Below are positions 25,228 to 37,224 of a stretch of 63,055 nt of DNA, one piece after another (the first letter of the stretch is position 1; every line of letters starts with the position of its first letter). A program made the position numbers and the translations under genes. Source of the stretch: Gekko japonicus (Eukaryota); contig NW_015170887.1 in NCBI RefSeq assembly GCF_001447785.1, positions 2,735,053 to 2,798,107 of the forward strand, written 5' to 3'. Below the pieces are notes generated by a model. The model had not been told where the DNA came from and did no database searches. It saw nothing but the letters and a program-made list of their open reading frames with translations.

Positions 25228-25886
25228 CGCAGGCAGTACAAGGGAGCGGTAGCGCAGGCAGTACAACGCCTGCAGTAACAACGCTAGTGAACAGCCATAG
25301 TGGCTGTTCGAGACCCACCGTGGCCGGAGTGAGCTCCCGGCCCCAGTCCCAGCTCCCGCCCACCCAGCGGCTCGAAAGCATTCGCAAGTAGACGAATGGG
25401 TACCTGCCCTAGTTGGCAGGGGTCACCCTCCTCCTGGTTGTGTGCCGGGAGTGCTGGCGGCGGCAGCAACAGTGGTAACAACAATGGCGGCAGAGCAACT
25501 GGCGACCCAAGGATGCGGCGACCAAACCGGATGGAGGCGGAGTTGAGGCGACGCGACGGTGAGACGACGCAGCACGGCAGGAGCCTAAGGGACGGAAGCC
25601 AGAAGCTGCAGTCAGAAGCGGTCACGCGTCGGAGGAGCCCACCAGAAGCCTGCCGGAGGGAGTCGCCAGCCAGCCGAGGCGCCAGGAACAGCATCCGAAG
25701 CCCGCCCGGGAAATCAGCAAAGCGGAGAAAACGTGCCGCTTGGGTGTCAGTAGGCAGCCCCTCCCCCTTCGAATGTGTGGCCCTAGGTTAGGATAACAAC
25801 TACATAAGTAGTATATCTGTAAACTGCTCTGAGACCCCCTAGGGGTCAAGGGCGGTATATAAATTGAATTGTAAAGTAAAGTAAAG
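25228..25886 (+). mobile_element. composite CpG-rich non-autonomous retroposon (tRNA/Sauria-like head, L2-type tail)
   Basis: A-box-like ggtagcgcaggcagt, B-box gttcgagac, Sauria-like ggagtgagctcccg...gcaagtagacgaatgggtacc; tail tgtaaactgctctgag...gggcggtatataaat then (gtaaa)n; TSD taggtgg at 25221 and 25887. Confidence 0.75.
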
Positions 25887-26094
25887 TAGGTGGTGGGGGT
25901 GCATCCAGGGAGGTACTCGACTGTTTTTGTTGGTGCATTGCAGTTCTCATCTATATTAAATTATCTCTTTATGAATGGATCACATGAGTTGTTAATGCTG
26001 ATGACTGAGATGTACACTTGAACAGATATGTACCTTTATCAGTCTGTGATCTATCAGTCTGTCTATCTGTCTGTAGCCCACCTTTATGCTAAAA

Positions 26095-26635
26095 ACTAGG
26101 AAAAAGGTCCGTTGTGGAAATAAATACAACAGCCTCTAGAAAGAGGTTCTGGGTGGGTGCCCCGGCCTTGGACACTCAGTGTCAATTTGCTGTGGCGACC
26201 TCAGCAGGGTATAATGACACTGAGTCCAACATTTTCTCCAGAGGAACTGATCTCTGCTACCTAAAGAACAGTTGTAATTTTGAGTGATCTCCAGTCCTCA
26301 CCTGGAGATTGGGAATGATGGTTCCCCAGAAGGGAATAGTTGGTTTGGAGGGTGGAGTCTATGGCTTTGTACCTGTCCGAGGTCCCACGCCTCCTGAAAC
26401 CTCACCCTCTCCAGGCTCCATCCCTCACATCTCCAGGAATTTCCCACCTGGAGTTGGCAACCCTATCTTCTTCCCAGCCAATCATCAACCTACCTTTATT
26501 TCCCCCTCACTCTTCAGCTTTCCATCCCCCACACACCTGCAGCCTCTGAATGACAGATCAGAGAGCGAACTGATTTTGGAGCATGTGGAATGTTCTAGAG
26601 AAATGCCACCACCATTCGGCTTTTATTTATAAGGG
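26095..26635 (+). mobile_element. non-autonomous Helentron/HINE-like element, shorter relative of 11086-12322
   Basis: Starts actagg...gtccgttgt...acaacagcc; ends cggcttttatttataagg; long homology to 11086-11535. Confidence 0.5.
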
Positions 26636-26883
26636 AAATAATTGCACCCAATGTGGCATACAAATCTAAAAATTGTAAAACACTATCACATTTAAAACAA
26701 AAGCTGTTTAATAAAACACAGTAATACATTTTAGAAAAAGAAGCCATAACCTACTTACCAGCTCAACTCATGTAGTGTTTGATGGTTGCAATGAAGGTGC
26801 TGATAGTTTGCCAAGGTGTTTGGATACATCCAAATGAATTCTGATGATTATGCTGCTTTCTTGCAGCTTCTGCCTCCTGTTAA

Positions 26884-27012
26884 GTAAAGGTAAAGGTTCC
26901 CTTGCTCGAAAGCCAGTCGAATCCGACTCTGGGGTTGCAGTGCTCATCTCTGTTTCAAAGCCGAAGAGCCAGCGCTGTCCAAAGACATTTCCGTGGTCAT
27001 GTGGCCCATGTG
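26884..27012 (-). mobile_element. Sauria SINE 3' fragment
   Basis: taaaggtaaaggttcccttgctcgaaagccagtcgaatccgactc is the reverse complement of the tail of 17875-18230. Confidence 0.9.
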
Positions 27013-27644
27013 CCATTGCCTTAAGTTGTTAAAAGGTACATAGATAAAATGGGAGGATTTTTGAGTTGTAATTTACTACTTAGATATCTCTGTATTCCTT
27101 CATTTTCTGCCCATAAACATACCTATTCTTTTGATCAGTTCTTGCAGTTGTTTCATGAATAGATGTTGCTGACTGCACAGCTGCAATAAGTCAGTGTATA
27201 CAATATACATAATTTAAAGGGTACATCTGACAGGCAAGGTGCTAAGAGGGGTAAGTGACTGTAATTCACTAGGTCAGTTTAGTGACTACTGGGGAATACA
27301 GCCTCTTCTGCACTGATTGAAAAGATTTAGGATGTGAACTGGGTGAATGCAAAAGTATCTGCAAGCAGTAACACAAATGCCACTTATTTTACAAGGCCTA
27401 GTCTGGCCTTATAGTGCCAGAGGATACTACACAGATACAAGCATGGTGCTCGAGATGGATTGTGACAAAACCTATAGATCTCATCTGATAATGAGTTCAC
27501 CATATGACTAAGCAAGGGAGTTTATTAAAGGTAAATGAGCCTGGTCATGATGTTCATGTCAAAGTGCTCAGCTCACCAGAAAAGAGGCAGTCACCTTCAA
27601 ATTAGATGTAAAGAGGAAAATTTTCACCTAGTGTCTAAAAGATA

Positions 27645-28205
27645 ATAATTTATTTATTTATTTGTTTGTTTATTAAATTTATACCCCGCCCTCCCCCATA
27701 GGGCTCAGGGCGGCTAACATAGCAAGGAATCTTGCAATAATAAAAACATCCAATACATTTGATAGCATTTAAAACAATATTATACAATTTTAAAAACTAT
27801 CTCAATACAATAAAGTGCTCGATAAAGTGCTCAGAGTCCTCAGTTCCTGAACCTCAGAGAGATGGCAACCACATTCATACATTCCCGGTAGGCATTCAGG
27901 CTTCGATGTTAAATATTAGATTCAGATGATCCTTCTTTCCTAGGGCCTTCCCCCCCCCAAAGATGTTAATATAACAGGGGGGGGCGGCGGCTCCTACTCG
28001 AAAGCCTGGTGGAAGAGCTCCGTCTTGCAGGCCCTGCGGAATTGCATCAAGTCCCACAGGGCCCGGATCTCCTCCAGGAGCTCATTCCACCAGGTGGGGG
28101 CCGCTACCGAAAAAGCCCTAGCCCTCGTAATGGCCAGTTTTGCATCTTTGGGGTCCGGCACAGTTAGTAAATTTTGGGCCCCAGACCGTAGTGCTCTTGG
28201 GGGAA
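27645..28205 (-). mobile_element. L2 LINE 3' fragment
   Basis: RARAFSVAAPTWWNEL..IRAL..FRRACKTELF; tail ataccccgccctcccc...gggcggctaaca with (tttа/tttg) repeats. Confidence 0.88.
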
Positions 28206-28242
28206 TGCTCCATGGAGGTGTGGGGTGAATTTGCTTGAGGAT

Positions 28243-28400
28243 TAGAACAGAGCAAGAGTCCAGTAGTACCTTAAAGACTAACAAGATTTGTGGCAGAGTA
28301 TGAGCTCATACCCTGCCACAAATGTTGTTACTCTTTAAGGTGCTACTGGACTCTTGCTCTTTTCTACTGCTACAGAGAGACTAACACAGCTACCCATCTT
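28243..28400. mobile_element. Penelope-derived fold-back element
   Basis: About 60-bp inverted arms (gagcaagagtccagtag..ccttaaagactaaca) centred on gtatgagctcatac; same family at 33877 and 44670. Confidence 0.7.
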
Positions 28401-29970
28401 GTTTGATGAGTGAGTTCCATTATTTGGGCACCACCACACGAAATGCCTTTTCTATGGTAGCTAATTGTGCCTGAGGTGGAGGCATATGGAGCACACATGA
28501 AGGTGGGGGCAGAAGGTGCAGCTTAAGTGACAAGTGGTCCTGAACATACCCTGTACCCCAGAACATTTAGGACTCCCTAGGACAAAGCCAGCACTTTGAA
28601 TTGTGCCTGGAAAGCAAATGAAAGTCCATGACATTCTTTAGACACCACACCAATGCATTCTCTATTCCAATCAATGGTCTAGCTGCCATATGCCAGATGA
28701 GCTGAAATTTCCAAAGAGAATCCAAAGGCAACCCCATGTCTAATACATAATAATCAAGCTCAGAAGTTAATGGAGCATAGATAACAATGGCATGATTACT
28801 TTACATGATACTATTTCATCTACATTCCAGGTACGAGTTACAAATGCAGCATTTTTTTTGCCCAATAACACTGGAGAAGCAAATTACTCTGAACATACAT
28901 ATACCCTATCATTTTGAATAGATCGTTACACTGAGTAGTTAGAAAATGGACCAGCAATTTAAAGGCAAAAAAATAAATAAATAAAAAGGAGCTGGTGCCC
29001 TTCTATTTCTCCCCCCACCATGTGTCACATTATAAGACACGTCACTCATGGTATCCGGAAAACAAAATCTACTCCCTCCCAGACACACATTTTTAATGCC
29101 TGCTGTCTCTTGGAGCAAGCAATCATTTCTCCCAGAAAGAAAGAGTTGCCTGTGTCTGATGGGGAAAATAGCTCCTTTGACACAAGAGGAGGGGCTTCTT
29201 CAGCATTTTATAGCATTTATGCTTTGTGTCCCCCATCTTCTGTGTTTATGGCACATTAGGGCCTTGGCAAGTTGAAAATTATGCATAGGCCACCTCCTTT
29301 GACTGCCCTGAAGGAGCTCCTAAAACTAATGTTCCATGTAAATGATTCCCGTTGCTCCATCTGTGGCTCCTCGATGCTCCTATCACAATGAAAGTTAATG
29401 ACTCTCTCCTTCTCCAAGTGGCAAGAGGGCAAAACCGTCAAGTACTGTGCCAAAAAATGTTACCTTTATGCCCCTATTCTTAGTATCCTCATTTTGCACT
29501 AGAACTCTAGAATTCCAGGTGTCTTGGGAAGGTGTTTTCTGACTACTCCTGGACATCCATCCACCCTAAGTAATGAACTCATTTGCCAGATATTTCTTGG
29601 ATGGATGCATTGGTCTTCACCACCAGCAGTGTTATCAACTTTACAGCATGGTGCTTGATACAGTTCTGGGAATCTAAGCACTTAAGATGCTGTTATAACA
29701 AGGAAGCTGTATCCAAGGTTTAAGACCTGGCTTGATCTTTTCTTTTCCATAATTATTGGCTAATGTGGCCCTAACATTCAGTGTGGCAGTAAAAGATAGG
29801 TAGTTTTACTCATTCTTTGTTTCAGAAATACCATTCAGTGTACCCTGAAGCAGCAATGTTATACCTGCAAGGCGGTCCCCCCACATTCATGTACACTCAA
29901 GAATTCTGGCTTCATGGAGACCAGTAGAACCTGAATAAAAAAATTCAATTTAATATTAAAGGGGGGGGGG

Positions 29971-30801
29971 TGTCACTGAAAGTGGCAGGGTTTTTCTGGG
30001 TCCTCCTATACTAAGAGCAGTCTGAATGCTCCATGGAGTTAATTGATCAAGGGCCTTTGTCCAGACTTCAGAGCTCCCCTCTCTCTTCTGGCTATAATGA
30101 AGGACCTGAGTTGCCAAGGCAATAATCAGAGGGTCATGATTCCACCATAGCCTTTCCACTTCCCAATATAACTCAATCAAGTTCTTAGGCCAAGTTTACT
30201 GCCCTGCCTCAGCCATTACCTGGCTGAGTACATGCAAGCAAGCCATTGTTCAGCCTTTGCCGGACTAGCCCAAGTCAGTCCTCCATCCTGGTAAATCAAT
30301 CACCAGCACTTTCAATTTCATCTGCTTAAAGGATACCTTTGGCAATTCCTTTCAAACCCCCCAAGAGAATTCAAAATTCTGCTCCCCTGTTGATAGAATT
30401 CAAGGTACACCCCCATGAACCTATCCCTGTAGCCAGTTCTGCACCCTGAACCTTCTGGCTGTCTGCTGTCGTCTCCTTCTCTGGACTGGATTCTTTGGAA
30501 TTATTTTCTCTTCAGGATTAGGCAACATGTCTTTCTTTCTCTCCCTTATTCCCCCTTAGCACTCCAGCCTGCTGTATTGTTAGCCAGGTGCTTACCCCTG
30601 GTTTCTCCCCAGTAGGTAATGGCTCATAGGCAAGTGAGCTAGTACAAAGGTTTCATTGTATACAATTGTTTGCCATTCTGTTTTTCTACACTGTGTCTTG
30701 CTAGAGGAATAAATATTTACCTTATTCAAATAAATTATTTGTTTTGTCTCTCATTCCTTCTGAGTGCTGCCCCAGACTGGGACCCAGGTATACACTAGAC
30801 A
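29971..30801 (+). mobile_element. probable solo LTR
   Basis: TGTC...GACA termini; AATAAA at about 30708 and 30728 near the right end; TSD not clean. Confidence 0.5.
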
Positions 30802-31095
30802 GTAGGGCCCTGAATTAATTAACTGCATGTCTGACCCAACATGCAAAGAGGAAGGTCTGCATGGTATGGGCCCTACACATAAACTGAATTGTGTGACAAA
30901 TGCTCTCTGAAGAACTCTGTTCTCAGGGTAGTATTACAGTGCGATCCCAAACACTGTTCTAATTCTGTTGTAGTCAAACGGACTCACAATAAGAGGTTTA
31001 CATCATAGTTGGAAAGATACCGGCTGGATATTAGGAATTTTGTTTACAGTAATAGTAGTTGAGCAGTGGAATTGGCTGCCTAGGATGGTGGTGAG

Positions 31096-31585
31096 CAGTG
31101 TTCCCTCTAAGAAGAAGAAGAAGAAGAGATTGGATTTATACCCCGCCCTTCACTTGGAGTCTCAGAGTGGCTTACAAACTCCTTTCCCTTCCCCTCCCCA
31201 CAACAGACACCCTGTGAGGTGGGTGGGGCTGAGAGGACTCTGACACAAACTGCTCTTTTTCAAGGACAGCTGTGCCAGAGCTTGTGACTGACCCAAGGTC
31301 ACATCAGCAGGTGCAAGTGGAGGAGTGGGGAATCAAACCTGGTTCTCCCAGATTAGAGTCCGCACACTTAACCACTACACCAAACTGGCTCTCAGCTGAG
31401 TTAGTGTGAGCTAGCTCACAGGTTTTTAGCCTCCGGTTCACACATTTTTTTCTTAGCCCAGGAAAGATGGCTTCAGAGAAAACTAATTGATGCAGCAGCC
31501 AAATTGCTCGCTCACAACTTTAATGCCAGTAGCTCACAAAGTAGAATTTTTGCTCACCAGACTCCACAGCTTAGAGGCAGCATTG
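31096..31585. mobile_element. hAT MITE
   Basis: TIRs cagtgttccctctaag / cttagaggcagcattg; perfect 8-bp TSD gtggtgag (31088-31095 and 31586-31593). Confidence 0.9.
31112..31393 (-). mobile_element. Squam2-type SINE nested in the hAT MITE
   Basis: (gaa)n tail and body nearly identical to 23108-23396. Confidence 0.9.
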
Positions 31586-32184
31586 GTGGTGAGCTCCCCC
31601 TCACTGGCATTCTTCAAGCAGCAACTGGACAAACACTTGTCAGGGATGCTCTAGGCTGATCCTGAATTGAGAAGAGGTTGGACTCAATGGCCTGTATGGC
31701 CCGTTCCAACTCTATGATTCTATGACTTAGAACTGTGTAACTCTGTTTAGGATTTTCACTGTTAATTGGAAGTCTGTTGGTTCTGACTTTGGCTATTTTT
31801 TCTTTATGACTCTTGTGACCACTCCTTCCCAAACACTGGAATGGTAATAGTACAAGGGAACCACAGAGACTGCCATTGGGAGACTAAGTCTTAGAAAATT
31901 GTGTGTGTTGATATGAGGAGCCAATGTAAAAGCTTTGATCAGAGGGATTTATTCACAGGTGTGGTCACTATTGCATAGTGGGTACAGAAGAGCAATAGAT
32001 TCTTCTGGACTTAGAACTATAAGTGATATATTAGCAAAGAAAACAGGCAAGATCCAGGCAGAAACATTTTCAACAATGTGGCTTTGAATGACATAATAAT
32101 TGGAGGAAGGGTACCATAGCATAGTGAACACAAGCCTGGGCTCATGGAGGAAGGGTAGAACAAAAATGAAAGATAAACACATAA

Positions 32185-32397
32185 AAAGGTATCAGTTGGA
32201 TATTAGGACTCTTTTTTAACAGTATGAGTAGTTCAGCAGTGAAATCAGCTACCTAGAGAGGTGGTGAGCTCCCCCTCTCTGGCAGTCTTCAAGCAATGGC
32301 TGGATGAACACTTGTCAGGGATGCTCTAGGTTCATCCTGCATTGTGCAGGGGGTTGGACTAGATGGTCTGTATGGCCTCTTCCAACTCTGATTCTAT
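32185..32397 (+). mobile_element. CR1 LINE 3' fragment
   Basis: Uninterrupted homolog of 30985-31725, ending ttccaactctgattctat. Confidence 0.85.
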
Positions 32398-33876
32398 ATA
32401 AGGCTACTTTATGCAAACAACAGAGAATATGAAAACATGGGGAAGGAATATAAATGCTGGCCACAACAGAAGAAATTACTTCACATGGCACAGTACCTTG
32501 ATACCCAGAACACTGCAGACTTTGAGGACTCTGCCTTCACATTCCCAAATATATCTCTACAGCCATTACGGGCCCAGGAATTTATTAAAGTATGCTAGCT
32601 TCCATGTGGAAAAATCCTGTGCAGACAAAACTACAGACAAACTTTTACAGTTTTTTAAAACAGATGTTAGATGGATGCTTAAGAACTTCCGGATTCAAAT
32701 TCTCCATACAGTTAGGCTGCTTAAATATCATTTGCTTCAATGGAATGTAGAAGGTTTAACAATGTGCAGGATGGAATCTTTTGCCTAAAGCTTTGCAAGG
32801 TTACAGATATGCGTTGGAGACCAAGATGGATGAGCTCTGCTCTGAGACGAGACAGGTCTGGCTTGGTGCTTTATTTCAACTAATACCAGAAGCAAAGTAG
32901 TCCCCTCTTAATGATTTCAACCATATCTGTTCCTGAATGGGAAGCTGATCCTCTCTACAGTAAGGAAGAAGAGGCTGTACAGAATGGTATGGGGGTAGGA
33001 CTCCCTGAACTAAATGAACTTGTATGTTTAGAATGGACATGGCAACTTGTTGAAAAATAAGGACTCCTTTTGGAAATGTTTTCAGGTTTTTTTAACCTTC
33101 TGGAGCAATTTCTTAATTAGTAGCATCACAATTTTTTAAAAAAAACATTTTAATTTGCATAATGCAACTTCAGTGGTGTTTTAGCAAGCATTTCCTCCCA
33201 GAGCATTAGTGGTCTGAATTAATTAACATAATTAATATTTAACATAATTAACATAAATTTAATTGATGCTTAGAAGTTAAAATCTGTTGACTGGCACGAT
33301 ACTCAGTCCATGAAAATTTGTTCTTGGGAAATACTGTGCAATAACACATTATGTAGACTGTAGCTTAGCTGAACCGTTCTTTTTCTTAAATAGGGAATGT
33401 GAATGTTTCATTTCCCTCAACATGATTCTTCAGATACATTCTCTCCCTATCTATAAAGTGACCCCTTTCCAAAGAACAGAAAGAATTCACTTCAGAAAAC
33501 TGTATAAATACCATAGATATGGTATCTTGTATGTAAGAATTAGCTGAGGCCCTGTAAGCTACTGTGTACCCTTAACTCCCACAGATATGTGGGTGAGCAA
33601 CAGAGTGTGTTAATAAGTAGATAACAAAACTGACTGAATCAGACCATGAAAAATATAGAGTCAATGACAGATTGTTTCTACAGGTGTGTAAAGGAGATTG
33701 GTATTGTTCCAAAATGCTTAAAAATAGTTACCAAGCTACTGCAGAACATAGCTTTTGAAATTAGACTGTTGTGATGGATGGATGGAAGGATAAGAAAGAA
33801 TGGGATTTTCAGCGTGCCCTCAAATTAGCCAGATCAGTGGGCTGACTGGTTAAATAACCACCAATATTATCTATCA

Positions 33877-34077
33877 AGATGGCGAGCCATCTTAGTTTGC
33901 CTGTAGCAGTAGAAAAGAACAAGAGTCCAGTAGCACCTTAAGGACTAACAACATTTGTGGCAGGGTCTGAGCTTTCATGAGTCACTGCTCACTTCTCCAG
34001 ATACTTTATACGAAAGCTCATCCCCTGCCACAAATTTTGTTAGTCTTTAAGGTGCTACTGGGCTCCTGCTCTTTTCA
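33877..34077. mobile_element. Penelope-derived inverted element with degenerate hammerhead motif
   Basis: Inverted arms; minus strand 34004-33965 reads gtat-CTGGAGA-a-GTGAG-cagtga-CTCAT-GAAA-gctc-agac. Confidence 0.7.
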
Positions 34078-35955
34078 CCAATATCGTTATATCTGACCCT
34101 GTCCTCAATACAGTTTAATTCAGTATTGAATCCCTCCATATCCAGACTGATTTTATTTATTTATTTATGTATACCCCACCCTCCCCACTAAAGCAGGCTC
34201 AGAGCGGCTTACAGAACCACAAATATCACACAAGTTTAAAAAGGATAAAACAAGATTAAAAGAGTTCATGAAGTGTTGATGGCGAATTCACTGCCCTTAA
34301 TTGTGACCATAGAAAATCTGATCAGCATCGGATGTAAACTGGCATCAGGCCCCATGTATAATGTGGGCATAGATGTTAAGCACCTAAACAGAGGCAGGCA
34401 GCCAAAGATGTATTACCAGGCATGGTTCCTCGGTCGATGTTGAGCTGATTAAATGCAGCACCTGCTTAGTGAAAGCTGACATGCAATGGAATTGTGTGAA
34501 CATTTCCTATGGCAAATGGGGATTTCCATTTCCCCCCACAGAGGCTGTGTCTTCCAGTTTGCATAGCCATTCTGATGCTAAACTTCCCCTTCCAGTATCA
34601 TACTAGAAAGAGCTGCGCCGATAAATAAAATATGTCTCATTAGTACGTTAATGAGCAACAGGTGGAAAGAGTTCCATTTGGGGGCCCTTGGCCTGAGTCT
34701 CATTCAGTCATGACCATGCAGGGTAGCTTGGGGCAAGTGACCGTTTTACTGTGTCACTTCTCCTCTGCAAAATGGGGATAATATCAGCTTAACATATTTT
34801 CTGTCAGGAAGAAAAAAACAAAAACAGATAAAATATTGTGATACTGAAAGATTATTATATGTCATAATATAAAGTTACAGAACAAGGCATGGCAGGTTTA
34901 GGTTGCTCAATTTATTTACTTATTTATTCAAAGCATTTGTTACCCACCATTCTTCTCAAGGCAGATTGCGATGTCATTTAAAATACATCCAATGAACCCA
35001 AGAATTAAGAGCAAGAACAGCAATAAAACCAATCCAGATAACAGGAGACCATCCAATATACCATAGCTGGCCATCAAAACAGCTACTAATCTAGGAAAGT
35101 TCTTATTTATTACCCTGTCTTACAATGACACCAGAAAGCCAATCATGTAGGACCCTCCCTGACATATTTAGGAAGGCCATTCCGTGCTTTAAGGGCCACT
35201 GCAGAAAAGGCTATGTTCCAGGCAAATGATGACCAAATGTTCACATATTGGGAAAGGTGGTCGTACGGATATCATCCGATGGTTGTTCTACTACAAGAAA
35301 AGGGAGTTTATGAAAAGATGTGATTTAAAATGTTATGCGTGGCCAGAATGTGAACTGGAATGTAGCACAGTGGAAGTAGCTTCAACACTTCAGGCAAAGA
35401 GAAGAAAATTACCCTGGATGGGATTTAATTAATTCACTTGCAGTGATAAATGTTTGTCAGTTTTGTTCATTGGACTTCTAAAGTAAGAGGCAGGAGCTGC
35501 AAAATCCAGATTTCATATGCTGTTCATCAGTTCTGTCAATGGCACTCAAGGGCATAACACCTGAACTTCAGAAATATTGCCACAAATGTGACTGCATGGA
35601 TATAGATAATTTTCAAACCCCCCCTCAGTCAAATGCTGCAGCAATTTATAGCAGCTGCCATTTCTTAAATGGAAAGCATATCCATGTAAAAGAAAGTATG
35701 AAAGCCATATGTGTATCATGAGTGATAGCTGTATACAAGCAGATATTATATGCATGTATAATTTCACCACTTATAGACATAGGGTACATATACTGCAAAA
35801 TTGGTATTCATAAGTACCTGGATGATCATCACACATGATGGAGGGGGGAGATCCTAATATCAAGCTGGCTCTCTAAACCTCACTGATATGCTGTCTCAGG
35901 CCTCTGATGATGTAGGATGTTGCTTATGAAAACTCACTCCACCATTAGTCAATTC

Positions 35956-37016
35956 ATCTCTATGACACCCCAGCACTCCTTAACTATAATAACGCTGCCT
36001 TTCACATACTCCAAGCAACATGTGGAGCCTCAGCTTACCAATGTTATAGAATTACATCACATGTGCAGAGACATAGATAATAGGTGTCTGGGTACATACA
36101 CACGGTCACACACAATTTGTGACCCACTAAGGTGAATGTCACCTAACCACCCTGGCTGATAGGTTGCATTCTGCCTACTTGGGTAGTCTACTCAGGGCTC
36201 AATAACCTCCTATTTTCCCAGCCTCCCTGGGATTGCCAAACCACAGGAGCTATCAAACATGTGATAGGGAGCAGTACACAGCTGGTTGACTGTTATCTGC
36301 TTGGTAGATCACAAGTTGGGCATGCTTGACCTAAAGATAGAATGGCCTTTTGTTTAGCCAGTGGGATATAACAGTTAGAGTATCTGACTAGAATCTGGGA
36401 GAGCCAGGTTTGAATCCCCACAGGTATGGAAGCCTTCCAGGTGACCTTGGACCACTCACACACTGACAGCCTACCTCACATTGTTGTTGTGATAATAATA
36501 TGGATGAGAGAGGAACAATGTAGGCCACTTTGGGTCCCCATTAAGGAAAAAGGCATGTCATAAATGACGTAAATAAATAATAAATAAATATGAGGGTCTC
36601 TCTTCCTTGTCCTTTTTTTTTCTGCTTATGATTTTAGAATGACTGTCCTGGAGCAGGCAGGGTGCAAGCCAGCCAAGGTATAGACCCAATCTGGTGCATT
36701 ATGGTCAGAGTCCTAGGCCATACACATAGTGACTGAAGCAGGTTCAGGGCAAATCCGAGAGTCAAGGTCCAGATACAGCCCAAGAGTCAGAATCATGGTC
36801 TAGAGGCAGAGTCAGTGGTGGCAAGGTCAGGAGTAATTAGACACATTGCTTCCGCAGCTCGTCTCTCCCTCTCTCTGCCCTTTATAGGAGAGATGCCTGT
36901 CTCACAGCTCGGTTGCATTATGCAGGTATGTGCACTCTCCTCCTTGCTGTCTAGAGCCAGGTGACTTGGGGATGTTAATTGAGCACTTCGTCTTCTTTCC
37001 TGCATCTCATGACAGG
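35956..37016 (+). repeat. copy 1 of ~1.06-kb tandem segmental duplication
   Basis: Collinear with 37225-37500 plus 38483-39267, with scattered substitutions and small indels. Confidence 0.95.
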
Positions 37017-37224
37017 GCTGCCCAACATCAGATAGAGCTGGGTGTCATCAGCATACTGATGGCACCCCAGCCCATACCTCCGAGCAATCTGGGCAAGGGG
37101 GCGCATATAGATGTTAAATAACATTGGGGACAGCACAGCCCCTTGGGTCACACTGCACTCAAGCGAGTGTATCCTGGACTGCTGTTCCCCTAATTCCACC
37201 CTTTGTCCCCGACCTTGGAGAAAA
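37017..37224 (-). mobile_element. internal L2 RT fragment at the duplication junction
   Basis: Translates QGAVLSPMLFNIYMRPLAQIARRYGLGCHQYADDTQLY; lacks a LINE 3' end. Confidence 0.9.

Larger units (their letters stand above)
30985..31725 (+). mobile_element. CR1 LINE 3' fragment, interrupted by a hAT MITE
   Basis: cggctggatattagg...cagtggaattggctgcctagg..gtggtgag|ctccccctcactggc...ttccaactctatgattctatga with the CR1 octamer tail. Confidence 0.88.
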
